DNA from: an uncultured Acidimicrobiales bacterium
GTDB lineage: Bacteria > Actinomycetota > Acidimicrobiia > Acidimicrobiales > UBA10347
Reading direction: 5' to 3'
Length of the DNA: 64,000 bases
Assembly (NCBI GenBank): GCA_937991435.1
Contig: CALKPY010000136.1
Span: 2,313-66,312 of the forward strand
Shown here in pieces: positions 40,621-51,226 of this stretch. Below the pieces are notes generated by a model. That model was given only the letters and a program-made list of their open reading frames with translations. It did not search any database and was not told where the DNA came from. Positions within the stretch are counted from its first letter, which is position 1. Each line of letters opens with the position of its first letter. Made by a program: the position numbers and the translations under genes.

Positions 40621-40964
40621 TCGATGCACATGGCCGCGACCGTGCTGTCTACATAATTTCGGTTGCGGCAGAATTGACTGGCGTTCACCCACAAACACTG
40701 AGAGTTTATGAACGCAAGGGTCTGTTGGCCCCAGCTCGAACCGGGGGTATGAGCCGTCGCTATAGCGAAGCAGATCTGGATCAGATCAGGCGCATCCAAC
40801 AGCTCACTGCTGACGGTCTCAACCTCGCCGGGGTTGTTCGGGTGTTGCGGCTCGAAGCTGAGGTCGTGCGACTTCAAAAAGAACTTGCGCTACAGAATGA
40901 ATCTGTGATCAGTACGGCCTTAGTGCCAGTTGCAACCGTGACCGAGTTTGTGTTGCAAGACTAA
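40617..40964 (+). CDS. hspR: MerR-family heat-shock repressor HspR
   Basis: The motif [43 protein letters not shown] is present, and it is the last gene of the dnaK operon. There is a GTGA overlap with dnaJ. Confidence 0.88.
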   Translation: MIDAHGRDRAVYIISVAAELTGVHPQTLRVYERKGLLAPARTGGMSRRYSEADLDQIRRIQQLTADGLNLAGVVRVLRLEAEVVRLQKELALQNESVISTALVPVATVTEFVLQD

Positions 40965-41096
40965 ACCTTGCTGGCGCTAAGCGGGTACGCAGCGATATTC
41001 GCGAAGAAAGTGCACGTAATGCCCCCAATGGGTTAGTCTTGTTGCCGATTGTCGACACATCACGTGCGCGTAGTTTTTGCTGCTCGCACAACCATC

Positions 41097-41121
41097 TATG
41101 AACCAGTTGGACTGGTTCATA
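41097..41121. promoter_or_regulatory. Perfect 25-bp palindrome (11-bp arms, 3-bp spacer) 20 bp upstream of the giant surface-protein ATG
   Basis: TATGAACCAGT-tgg-ACTGGTTCATA, read directly from the sequence. GGAG at 41128-41131 follows. Confidence 0.5.
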
Positions 41122-41140
41122 CTGAAACGGAGAATTCGGG

Positions 41141-44100
41141 ATGAGTTACCCTCCAGCCACCTCACAAGGTGGCCTCGTAACACGAACTGCAAAACTCGCG
41201 ACCATCGGCCTTGCCGTTGTTTCGATGCTTGCTGCCATATTGACGCTGGGGGTGATCTCATCACCAGATGCCGCGGCCATTCCTCCAGCGCCACATGTCG
41301 ACACGCTGTGCTTCTCGATTGATCATGGTGCTGGCGCACAGAGCCTCACCGCAGTCGACCTTGACACCTTGGCTCTCTACGACGAGGACCAAATTCTGGC
41401 GACTGGCCAGATCGAGAACATCGCGCTCAACAATGAGACGGGTGTGATCTATGCCTACGACTGGAACTCCACACCGAATTCGATGTACACCCTGACCTAT
41501 GACGCGGCTGGCGCGCTTGTTGTCACCGACCTGAACTGGGTTGGCGAAGACTTCAATGGTGAAGCACCCGGCGGTGATGACATCGATGCGATGTTCTGGG
41601 TCAACGACGCCAATGGCACGACTGCTGATGATCAACTTTGGATGGTCGTCGACGCTTCAAACGAGAGTACAACTGTTGCTCCATTCGGCTGGTTGGTCCA
41701 GGTCGACCCCGCGACTGGCGCAATTCTTTCTGGTCCAACCGAAATTCTGATTCCTGCTGCTGACCCTGCGGTCGCATGGGGTGTTGAAGGTGCCACATGG
41801 ATCGACGGTGTGTTCTATATCACCTACACCGACACCGGTAGCCAGACGCAGGTGTCACAGCTCGCAACGATCGATCCCACGACCGGCGTGATCACCAATG
41901 TCGGCGACGCAGTTGTCGATGTCGAAGGCTTGGGCACCGATGGTGAGTCCAATGTCTACATCACCACCGGCGAAGACGGCGCTACTTCTAACCAGCTGTG
42001 GGCCATTGATCCAGCCGATGCGTCGACCACGAATCTTGCTGACCTTGCTGCTCTGGCAGGCGACAGCGACTACGAGTCGGTTGACTGCGCATTCCCTGAG
42101 ATTGGGCTGGCTAAGGAACTGACCGGTGGTCCAACCGCAGACGCTGACGGCAACTGGGTTGTTACCTACACCTTCGTTGTTGAAAACACCGGCGTGCTTC
42201 CTCTCGAAAATGTCGTAGTTACCGACCCATTTGATCTGTATGTCGATGACGACACGCCAGATGCTGGAGACGTTCCCGTTCAAGCCGTCGTGGGAGCCCC
42301 AGTTGAAGATTCAAACACCTGTGACGATGCGGGCCCCGACGCAGCGCTAGTCGACGATCTCTTGATCGATGCAACCTGCACCGTCGTCATGACGGTGGTC
42401 TACGACGGCACGGTCATTAACGACCCCAACGTCATCTACTACAACTCAGCAACGGTCACCGCCGACGACCCGTTTAATCAGGTTGTCACTGACATTTCCC
42501 AAGACGGTCCTGATGTCGACCCCGACAACGATCCCAACACCGATCCTGTCGACGACATCATCCGCACGCCTTTCCAGATTGACGTGGTTGTTGATCCGAG
42601 CATCGCCATCTACAAGACCGTTGTCGCCAACCAGGCCGATTGTCCAACGACAGCGGCTGATGCCATTGCCAACGATGGTCAAGATGCCATCGCTATGGCC
42701 GAAGGCGGAAGCGTCTGGTTCTGTCTCACCGTCGTAAACGGTCCAGTCGCGCTGACCGACGTGGTGGTCAGCGATTCGCAGAACCCGGCCGGCGACGTTG
42801 CCATTGCAAACCTCGCAGCTGACGCCGTCGAGTTCATCGCCTACGAAGTCAACCCTGTTGAGTTCGGTGCTGGCGATGTTGTTGACAACGTCGCAGTAGT
42901 CACCGCGCCAAATCCTGACCCTGCTGGCCCCGAACTTACTGATACTGACCCTGCTCAAGTTCTCCAAGCAGAAATCAACCTGATCAAGACCGTCCTTGCC
43001 GGTGCCAACGCTGCATGTCCAACAACTGCAGCCGATGCCTTGGCCACTGACGGGCTCGACACGCAGATCATTGCCGACGGCGATGCCGTGACCTGGTGCT
43101 TCTTCGTTGAAAACACCGGTGCCGCTGATCTCACCAACGTGACCATTGCCGACGACACGCTTGCTGGTGGTCCATGGGTTATCGGCGCCCTTGCTGCTGG
43201 TGCAACCGATGCGACGCAGTCCGTCTCAACCAACGCTGTGTACGGCGGCGCCGACTCGGTGATCAACGTGGCAACCGTCACCGGCGAATTCGATGACGGA
43301 TCTGGCGCACCGCTCCCCACCGTTACCGATACCGACAACGCCCAAATCATTCCGCCGGCAGAGTTGGCGATTCTCAAGACAGTGGTCGCAGATGGCGCCG
43401 CTTGCCCAGCCGACTATGACGCAGCGCTTGCGCTGGTTGGCAACCCTGGACTCGACACGATCGAGGCCGCCGCAGGCACGCAGGTCACCTACTGCGTCAA
43501 CGTGATCAACAACGGTTCAACCACCGCTTCTGATGTCACGACCGACGACACATTCGCCGAAGGCGACGCCGGTCCTTGGACCATCGCTGCTGGTGCCGAA
43601 GAGTCCTACTCCTACGCCCACACCGTCATCGAAGACAGCCGCACGAACACGGTCGACCTGTTCGGCAACGACGCAGACGGCAACCCGCTCGGCGGCGTTG
43701 ATGCCAATGGCAACCCGTTGCCGGTTGACACCGATACTGCAGGAACCACACCGCCTGATGCACTCGCATCGATTGGTAACTACGTATGGTTCGACTTCAA
43801 TGGCGATGGCATTCAAGACGCTGGTGAAACTCCAGTTGAGGGTGTTCTTGTTGAGGTCCTCGACGCTGCAGGCACTGTGATTGGCAGTGACACAACACTT
43901 GCTGACGGCTCTTGGTTCGTTGGCGATTTGCCAGCGGGTACCTACACCGTTCAGTTCACCGCACCCAATGGCACAAGCATCACGCAACAAAACATTGGTG
44001 ACGACACCCTCGACAGCGATGCAGACCCGATCACCGGACTCACCGGGCCATACACGTTGACTGCTGGTCAGTACGACGACACGGTTGACCTTGGGCTGAT

Positions 44101-46291
44101 CCCCGTACCGGTTATTGGCTTGGCCAAGGACCTCACCGGCGGACCAACCCAGACCGCTGATGGCGACTGGGCGATGCAGTTCACCTTTGTCATCGAGAAC
44201 CTCGGGCCCGTGCCATTGGACAACATTCAGTTGACCGACGACTTTGCAACCGTATTTGCTCCTGATGGAACAGTTCTGCAAGGTCCGACCCCTAACGATG
44301 TTGCGGGCGACTGCTCAACCACGGCGGCAACGGGCACAGCGACCCTCGCAGTCGGCGCCAGCTGTACCGCAGTGTGGGATGTTGTTATCAGCTCAGGCCT
44401 CGTTCCCGGTACGATCTACAACAACGTCGCAGTCGCGACTGGCGACGGTCCCGATGACACCGAGACGACCGATATCGCCGACGATGGCACCGAGCCTGAC
44501 AGCAGTGGCGACGGCGACCCGACCCAAGAGGGCGAGAACGACCCGACGCCGGTCGTGATCAATGATCCTGACAAGGCGAGTGTCGGTGACACCGTCTGGT
44601 ACGACCTGAACGGCAACGGTTTACAAGATCCAAATGAGCCGGGTGTTCCAGGCGTAACAGTGCTGCTCTATCCCGACGGCGCAACAGACCCAAGCGCCAG
44701 TGTGGTGACCGACGCCAATGGCAACTACGCCTTTACCGATCTTGACCCTGGTGATTACTCAATCGTGTTTGTGCTTCCGACCGGAGCGGTGTTTACAACA
44801 CAAGGCGACGGAACAGACCCGGGCAATGACAGCAATCCATCGAATCTGGGACTTACCGACACGTTTACTCTTGTCGGCGGCGACAACGATCCAACGATTG
44901 ATGCTGGCTTGATCCAGTTGGCCTCACTCGGTGATTTCGTCTGGTACGACGCCAATGGCAACGGCCTGTACGACACCGGTGAAGCGTTTGTCGAAGGCGC
45001 AACAGTGACGCTGTATTTCGCAAACGCGGATGGCAGCCTCGGCAATGCCGTCGGAACCGAGACAACCGACGCTGACGGCCTGTACCTGTTCACCGGGCTC
45101 ACGCCAGGCGACTACATCGCCGTCATCGACACAAACGGTGCTGGTGCCCTCACCACACTCAACGCTGGTGACGACACACTCGACAGCGACTTTGACCCCG
45201 CAACAGGCCAGACTGGCGTGATCACACTCGCCAACGGCGAGAATGATCGCTCTGTTGATGCTGGTGTTGTATCTGGTCCAGTAATTGGCCTGGCAAAGAA
45301 CCTCACTGGCGGACCGACCGAAAATGCTGATGGCAACTGGGAAATGCAGTTCAGCTTTGTGATCGAAAACCTCGGCCCCGTGCCGTTGACCAACATTCAG
45401 TTGGCCGATGATTTCGCAGCTGTGTTCTCGCCTGACGCAACGGTGATCAGTGGTCCAACGCCGAATGCCTCGGGCGACTGCTCGACAACGGCAGCAACTG
45501 GCACCGCGACGCTTGCAGTCGACGCAACCTGCACCGCTGTCTGGGATGTCGTAATCAGTAGCGGACTTGTTGCAGGCAAGACCTACAACAACGTCGCAAC
45601 AGTGACTGCCGACGGTCCTAGTGGCGAGTCAACGTCGGACATCGCCGACGACGGCACCGCACCTGATACCGATGGCGACGGCGTCGCCAATGAAGACGGC
45701 GAAAACGATCCGACTCCCGTCACGATCCCATCGCCGGGTACCGGCAGCATTGGTGACACGGTGTTTGTCGACTCCGACAATGACGGAATCCAAGATGCCG
45801 GCGAAGCTGGCGTCTCGGGAATGACGGTTCAGGTGATCGATGCTTCCGGCAACGTTGTTGGTAGTGACGTAACTGACGCCAACGGTGCCTGGCTGGTTAG
45901 CAACCTCGCTCCGGGTACCTATACGGTCAAGTTTGTACTCGGTTCCGGCCAGTCATTTACGACCCAAGGCGTTGGTAGCGATTCGACCATTGACAGCGAT
46001 CCAAACATTGCTACTGGTGTGACCGGCGAAATCGTCGTGGGCGCTGGTGACAACATCACCAATATCGACGCTGGTATCCGGATCAACAGCACGGTCTACA
46101 CCGCTCCGTTGACGCCATACACCGGGCCGTACACCCCGGCACCAGTGGTTACTGCTCCACTCGTTCAGAACCCGCCGCTTGCGGTCACCGGTTCAAGTGC
46201 AACCACACTCGCAACCGTCGCCGTAGCGCTGATGGGCGCTGGCGGTCTGCTACTCATCGGCGTTCGTCGTGAGCGCGCCGACGAAAGCTGA
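41141..46291 (+). CDS. Giant cell-wall-anchored surface protein: signal peptide, N-terminal propeller-like region, multiple DUF11-type and SdrD-B/Cna-B-type repeats, C-terminal LAxTG sorting signal
   Basis: The N-terminal TM/signal segment is TIGLAVVSMLAAILTLGV. Repeated LAK(D/E/N)LTGGPT...W...F.F..EN.G..PL.N modules and five copies of G(D/N)xVW(Y/F)DxNG(D/N)G(I/L)QD...G(V/M)TV modules follow. The C-terminus is LAVTG (46178-46192), a hydrophobic helix, then RRERADES. Confidence 0.85.
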   Translation: MSYPPATSQGGLVTRTAKLATIGLAVVSMLAAILTLGVISSPDAAAIPPAPHVDTLCFSIDHGAGAQSLTAVDLDTLALYDEDQILATGQIENIALNNETGVIYAYDWNSTPNSMYTLTYDAAGALVVTDLNWVGEDFNGEAPGGDDIDAMFWVNDANGTTADDQLWMVVDASNESTTVAPFGWLVQVDPATGAILSGPTEILIPAADPAVAWGVEGATWIDGVFYITYTDTGSQTQVSQLATIDPTTGVITNVGDAVVDVEGLGTDGESNVYITTGEDGATSNQLWAIDPADASTTNLADLAALAGDSDYESVDCAFPEIGLAKELTGGPTADADGNWVVTYTFVVENTGVLPLENVVVTDPFDLYVDDDTPDAGDVPVQAVVGAPVEDSNTCDDAGPDAALVDDLLIDATCTVVMTVVYDGTVINDPNVIYYNSATVTADDPFNQVVTDISQDGPDVDPDNDPNTDPVDDIIRTPFQIDVVVDPSIAIYKTVVANQADCPTTAADAIANDGQDAIAMAEGGSVWFCLTVVNGPVALTDVVVSDSQNPAGDVAIANLAADAVEFIAYEVNPVEFGAGDVVDNVAVVTAPNPDPAGPELTDTDPAQVLQAEINLIKTVLAGANAACPTTAADALATDGLDTQIIADGDAVTWCFFVENTGAADLTNVTIADDTLAGGPWVIGALAAGATDATQSVSTNAVYGGADSVINVATVTGEFDDGSGAPLPTVTDTDNAQIIPPAELAILKTVVADGAACPADYDAALALVGNPGLDTIEAAAGTQVTYCVNVINNGSTTASDVTTDDTFAEGDAGPWTIAAGAEESYSYAHTVIEDSRTNTVDLFGNDADGNPLGGVDANGNPLPVDTDTAGTTPPDALASIGNYVWFDFNGDGIQDAGETPVEGVLVEVLDAAGTVIGSDTTLADGSWFVGDLPAGTYTVQFTAPNGTSITQQNIGDDTLDSDADPITGLTGPYTLTAGQYDDTVDLGLIPVPVIGLAKDLTGGPTQTADGDWAMQFTFVIENLGPVPLDNIQLTDDFATVFAPDGTVLQGPTPNDVAGDCSTTAATGTATLAVGASCTAVWDVVISSGLVPGTIYNNVAVATGDGPDDTETTDIADDGTEPDSSGDGDPTQEGENDPTPVVINDPDKASVGDTVWYDLNGNGLQDPNEPGVPGVTVLLYPDGATDPSASVVTDANGNYAFTDLDPGDYSIVFVLPTGAVFTTQGDGTDPGNDSNPSNLGLTDTFTLVGGDNDPTIDAGLIQLASLGDFVWYDANGNGLYDTGEAFVEGATVTLYFANADGSLGNAVGTETTDADGLYLFTGLTPGDYIAVIDTNGAGALTTLNAGDDTLDSDFDPATGQTGVITLANGENDRSVDAGVVSGPVIGLAKNLTGGPTENADGNWEMQFSFVIENLGPVPLTNIQLADDFAAVFSPDATVISGPTPNASGDCSTTAATGTATLAVDATCTAVWDVVISSGLVAGKTYNNVATVTADGPSGESTSDIADDGTAPDTDGDGVANEDGENDPTPVTIPSPGTGSIGDTVFVDSDNDGIQDAGEAGVSGMTVQVIDASGNVVGSDVTDANGAWLVSNLAPGTYTVKFVLGSGQSFTTQGVGSDSTIDSDPNIATGVTGEIVVGAGDNITNIDAGIRINSTVYTAPLTPYTGPYTPAPVVTAPLVQNPPLAVTGSSATTLATVAVALMGAGGLLLIGVRRERADES
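44111..44557 (+). repeat. Internal duplicated module, copy A (DUF11-like, ~150 aa)
   Basis: VIGLAKDLTGGPTQTADGDWAMQFTFVIENLGPVPLDNIQLTDDF...ENDPTPV is collinear with copy B at both protein and DNA level, roughly four fifths identical by eye. Confidence 0.8.
45281..45722 (+). repeat. Internal duplicated module, copy B
   Basis: VIGLAKNLTGGPTENADGNWEMQFSFVIENLGPVPLTNIQLADDF...ENDPTPV is the partner of copy A, 1170 bp away. Confidence 0.8.
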
Positions 46292-46326
46292 AATGTGGCG
46301 GAGTTGAGCCGCTGACGAATCAATTG

Positions 46327-46370
46327 ACCAGAGGATCCGGGCCTATGTTCCGGGTCCTCTGGTCGTTTTA
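46327..46370 (+). terminator. Rho-independent terminator of the surface-protein gene
   Basis: accagaggatccgg / ccgggtcctctggt forms a 14-bp stem with 1 mismatch and a 9-nt loop, followed by cgtttta. Confidence 0.7.
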
Positions 46371-46450
46371 CGATTGATGCCGCGGGTCGCAGCAGAAAAT
46401 TGGTCATTCCTTGCCCAACTCGCCGTAATCCGCGTGGGCGTTGCGGCTAA

Positions 46451-47776
<1,326 letters not shown>

Positions 47777-47777
47777 C

Positions 47778-49208
47778 ATGGCACGCGAAGTCGTTGAGAA
47801 CGTCCTCGCACAACGCTACGCCACCGACGAAATGGTCGGCATCTGGTCGCGTCGAGGCAAGGTCGTCCTTGAACGTGAGCTATGGGTAGCCGTTCTTGAG
47901 GCCCAGAGTGACTTGGGTTTGAGTGTCGAATCGAACGTCGTAGCCGACTATCGCAACGCGATAGAGCAGGTCGATCTTGCGTCGATCGATGCGCGCGATC
48001 GCGAGCTTCGTCATGATGTCAAAGCCCGAATCGAAGAATTTTGCGCTCTTGCCGGCCATGAACAAATTCACAAGGGCATGACCTCGCGCGATCTCACCGA
48101 AAATGTCGAACAGTTGCAAGTTCGACGGTCGCTCGAGCTGACACGAAACAAGCTTGTTGCGGTTCTACACCAAGTTGGACAACTCGCTGAGCGCTACGCC
48201 GATCTCGCAATTGTTGGCCGTTCACACAATGTGCCGGCCCAAGTGACGACCATGGGCAAGCGGTTCGCATCTGCCGGCGAAGAACTTGTGCTGGGCTTCA
48301 ATCGGCTGCAACATCTCCTTGACGGGTATCCCCTTCGAGGTATCAAAGGGCCGGTCGGCACCCAGCAAGATCTGCTGGATCTGTTCGATGGCGACACGTC
48401 ACGGGTCGATGAACTCGAACAACGAGTTTCCCGTCATTTGGGATTCACCAACTCATTCACGAGTGTGGGGCAGGTGTATCCCCGGTCGCTCGACTTTGAC
48501 GTAGTGTCGGCACTTGCGCAGGTGGCATCGGCCCCGGGAAACGTCGCCACGACGATTCGACTGATGGCCGGCCAAGATCTCGTTTCCGAAGGGTTTGCGT
48601 CGGGTCAGGTCGGATCATCGGCCATGCCTCACAAGATGAACGCCCGGTCGTCAGAGCGAATCAATGGGTTTCTGACGATTTTGCGCGGTCATGTGACGAT
48701 GACGGCAAGCTTGATGGGCGACCAATGGAACGAAGGCGATGTGAGCTGCTCCGTTGTGCGCCGAGTGGTACTGCCCGACGCATTTTTTGCTATCGACGGG
48801 CTTCTTGAGACATTCCTCACGGTGCTCGAGGGATTTGGTCCTTACCCCCCGGTCGCTGAACGCGAACTGGCTCAGTATCTGCCGTTTGTTGCAACAACCC
48901 GCGTGCTTATGGCGTCGGTGCTTGCGGGTTCTGGCCGCGAGACGGCGCACGAAGCCATAAAGGAACATGCGGTTGCTACCGCTGTTGCCCTGCGGACCGA
49001 ACGCGAAGCGAACAACGACCTCATTGCGAGGTTGGGTGCCGATGACCGCATCCCGTTTGATGAAGCATCGTTACATGCCTTGATCGGCGAGCCGGTTTCG
49101 CTCGCTGGTCGCGCCAGCGATCACGTGGCTGGGGTAGCCACGATGATCGCCGAGATCATAAATCGGCACCCTCAGGCGGCGCTGTATCAGCCGAAATCGA
49201 TCTTCTAG
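47778..49208 (+). CDS. purB: Adenylosuccinate lyase
   Basis: The fumarate-lyase signature GSSAMPHKMNARSSE is present. The ATG at 47778 lies 2 nt after the purA stop; the ORF-track start at 47703 overlaps purA and is rejected. Confidence 0.93.
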   Translation: MAREVVENVLAQRYATDEMVGIWSRRGKVVLERELWVAVLEAQSDLGLSVESNVVADYRNAIEQVDLASIDARDRELRHDVKARIEEFCALAGHEQIHKGMTSRDLTENVEQLQVRRSLELTRNKLVAVLHQVGQLAERYADLAIVGRSHNVPAQVTTMGKRFASAGEELVLGFNRLQHLLDGYPLRGIKGPVGTQQDLLDLFDGDTSRVDELEQRVSRHLGFTNSFTSVGQVYPRSLDFDVVSALAQVASAPGNVATTIRLMAGQDLVSEGFASGQVGSSAMPHKMNARSSERINGFLTILRGHVTMTASLMGDQWNEGDVSCSVVRRVVLPDAFFAIDGLLETFLTVLEGFGPYPPVAERELAQYLPFVATTRVLMASVLAGSGRETAHEAIKEHAVATAVALRTEREANNDLIARLGADDRIPFDEASLHALIGEPVSLAGRASDHVAGVATMIAEIINRHPQAALYQPKSIF

Positions 49209-49286
49209 CACGCCGGTGCTCACAATTCGCGGAACGTCTACGACGATCGCGAGGTATCCGCGTAAGCGAATCAACCCGTCTCTACT

Positions 49287-49487
49287 GTGTCGCAAATGTC
49301 ACGGAACCGCCGGGGAGACACCCCACGCACCAAGACGATGGTCTGCGCGTCTTGTGATGTTACGTGGCGCGGCATCGACAACGACGCTTGCTGGTCATGC
49401 GGCGAGTCGGGCACGGTCACCGAAGCACAGCCGCTCCGCGTGCGACTCACGCCGACCCCCGCAGGGGCTGACAGGCTCGTTGGTTGA
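49287..49487 (+). CDS. Possible small zinc-ribbon protein (CxxC...CxxC)
   Basis: MVCASCDVTWRGIDNDACWSCGESG contains two CxxC pairs. An alternative start is the ATG at 49338. No family that I recognise. Confidence 0.35.
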   Translation: MSQMSRNRRGDTPRTKTMVCASCDVTWRGIDNDACWSCGESGTVTEAQPLRVRLTPTPAGADRLVG

Positions 49488-49657
49488 CACATCGCTCGCT
49501 CGCAAATTGATAGTCACACGGTCGTTGAACTGACCCTGCATACGTCTATCGTCGTGGATACTTCCCTCTTTGGGAAGCGGTTCGCATGGCCGGTGGCTGC
49601 TGGGGGGTGGTCGCCGGTCATGTGTCTTTTTTCCGGTTGTGTGGTGACGGTCGAGCG

Positions 49658-50509
49658 TCAGTACTCGTAGAAACCCATACCGGTCTTACGGCCAAGTCGC
49701 CCGCCCGACACCATGCGCTTGAGTAGCGGAGGTGGCGCGTAGGTGGGTTCTTTGAATTCTGCGTAGAGCACCTCGGCAACCGATTGAATCGTGTCGAGTC
49801 CAATCAGGTCGCAGAGCGTCAGCGGACCCATTGGGTGTGCACATCCGAAACGCATTCCGTTGTCGATGTCTTCGCGGCTGGCTTGTCCCGTGTCGAAAAG
49901 GGCGATTGCTTGCAGCAGGTATGGCACCAGTAGCCGGTTCACGATAAAGCCCGCACGGTCCTGGCTGAGAATGGTCTCCTTGCCGAGGCGCTTCTCGGCG
50001 AACGATTGCGCGGTTGCCAACACATCGTCGTCTGTGGCGATCGACACGACGATCTCGCACAGTTTCTGCACGGTCGCGGGGTTGAAGAAATGCAGTCCGA
50101 GAACTTGTCCTGGTCGACTCGTGGCTGTGGCGATGTTGATTATGGGTATCGACGAAGTATTCGACGCAAGAATGGCGTGAGCGGGCGTAATCTCGTCGAG
50201 CTTGCGGAACAGGTCGAGCTTGATCTGTTCGTTCTCGACGATCGCTTCGATCACGAGGTCACGGTCGTCGAGGGTTGACAGTTCAGTCTCAAAGCGAAGC
50301 AACGAGCCCGCAGCCACGCGATCGTCAGCGCTCATCCGTTCGCGTGAAACGGCGTTATCCATCGACTTATCGATGCGTGCCTGGGCCGTCTCCGCAGCGG
50401 CAGCGTCGGCCTCGATCACAATCGTGTCGATTCCAGATTTGGCACACACTTCAGCGATGCCCGACCCCATCGTGCCTCCGCCAATTACGGCGACCTTGTT
50501 GATGTTCAT
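49658..50509 (-). CDS. 3-hydroxyacyl-CoA / 3-hydroxybutyryl-CoA dehydrogenase
   Basis: MNINKVAVIGGGTMGSGIAEV (Rossmann fold), HFFNPA and the C-terminal GRLGRKTGMGFYEY are present. Start at the ATG at 50509. Confidence 0.9.
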   Translation of the reverse strand: MNINKVAVIGGGTMGSGIAEVCAKSGIDTIVIEADAAAAETAQARIDKSMDNAVSRERMSADDRVAAGSLLRFETELSTLDDRDLVIEAIVENEQIKLDLFRKLDEITPAHAILASNTSSIPIINIATATSRPGQVLGLHFFNPATVQKLCEIVVSIATDDDVLATAQSFAEKRLGKETILSQDRAGFIVNRLLVPYLLQAIALFDTGQASREDIDNGMRFGCAHPMGPLTLCDLIGLDTIQSVAEVLYAEFKEPTYAPPPLLKRMVSGGRLGRKTGMGFYEY

Positions 50510-50603
50510 GTAACAATCCCTCTCGCTGCGCGGCCACCCCAGGTTCGGGGTGGTGGCCTGTCGACCGGGCAATAGGGTAACCACCGCTCACCGAACGACA
50601 GGA

Positions 50604-51161
50604 ATGCTGATGATCGAATGCCCGAACCCCGATGGCTCAAGCGAGCGTCAAACGTCTTTTCCCGAGGCGCCGCCGATGTGCATCGATCCCGAGAAGACCT
50701 ACATCGCAACAATGGAAACGAGCCTTGGTTCGTTGACGATTGCCTTGTATCCCGACCAAGCGCCGAACACGGTGAACAACTTCGTGTTCCTCGCCCGATA
50801 CCGCTACTACGACGGTCTTGTCTTCCATCGCATTATCAATGGTTTCATGTGTCAAGGCGGCTGCCCTGAGGGAAGTGGCCGCGGCGGCCCTGGCTACAAG
50901 TTTGCTGACGAGCTGCCGGCTCCGGGTACCTACGAGATGGGTTCGTTGGCCATGGCCAATGCTGGACCCGACACCAACGGCAGCCAATTCTTTATTATCA
51001 GCGGCCCGAGCGGCGTCGGCCTACCGCCGCAGTACTCACTGTTTGGCAAGGTTGTTGGTGGTCAAGAGATCGTTGCCGAGATGCAAGCGGTCAAGACCGG
51101 TGCTGGTGATCGCCCCGTCGAGGACCTTGTCATCAAAAGCGTGACCATCGCGGAGTCCTGA
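50604..51161 (+). CDS. Peptidyl-prolyl cis-trans isomerase, cyclophilin type
   Basis: FHRIINGFMCQGG and LAMANAGPDTNGSQFFI are present. The start is the ATG at 50604 or 50610, after ACAGGA. Confidence 0.9.
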   Translation: MLMIECPNPDGSSERQTSFPEAPPMCIDPEKTYIATMETSLGSLTIALYPDQAPNTVNNFVFLARYRYYDGLVFHRIINGFMCQGGCPEGSGRGGPGYKFADELPAPGTYEMGSLAMANAGPDTNGSQFFIISGPSGVGLPPQYSLFGKVVGGQEIVAEMQAVKTGAGDRPVEDLVIKSVTIAES

Positions 51162-51186
51162 ACACCTGTATGTGGATTGAGTGATC

Positions 51187-51210
51187 GGCCCGGTCGTTGG
51201 TGACCGGGCC
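51187..51210. terminator. GC-rich hairpin between convergent cyclophilin and LysM genes
   Basis: ggcccggtc-gttggt-gaccgggcc forms a perfect 9-bp stem with no clear U-tract on either side. Confidence 0.4.
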
Positions 51211-51226
51211 ACCACTCGTCGAAGCG

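Noticed and set aside
40030-40877. Long minus-strand ORFs (40030-40698, 40215-40877) lie antisense to dnaJ/hspR.
   Set aside because: They sit inside confidently identified dnaJ and hspR genes and have no motifs.
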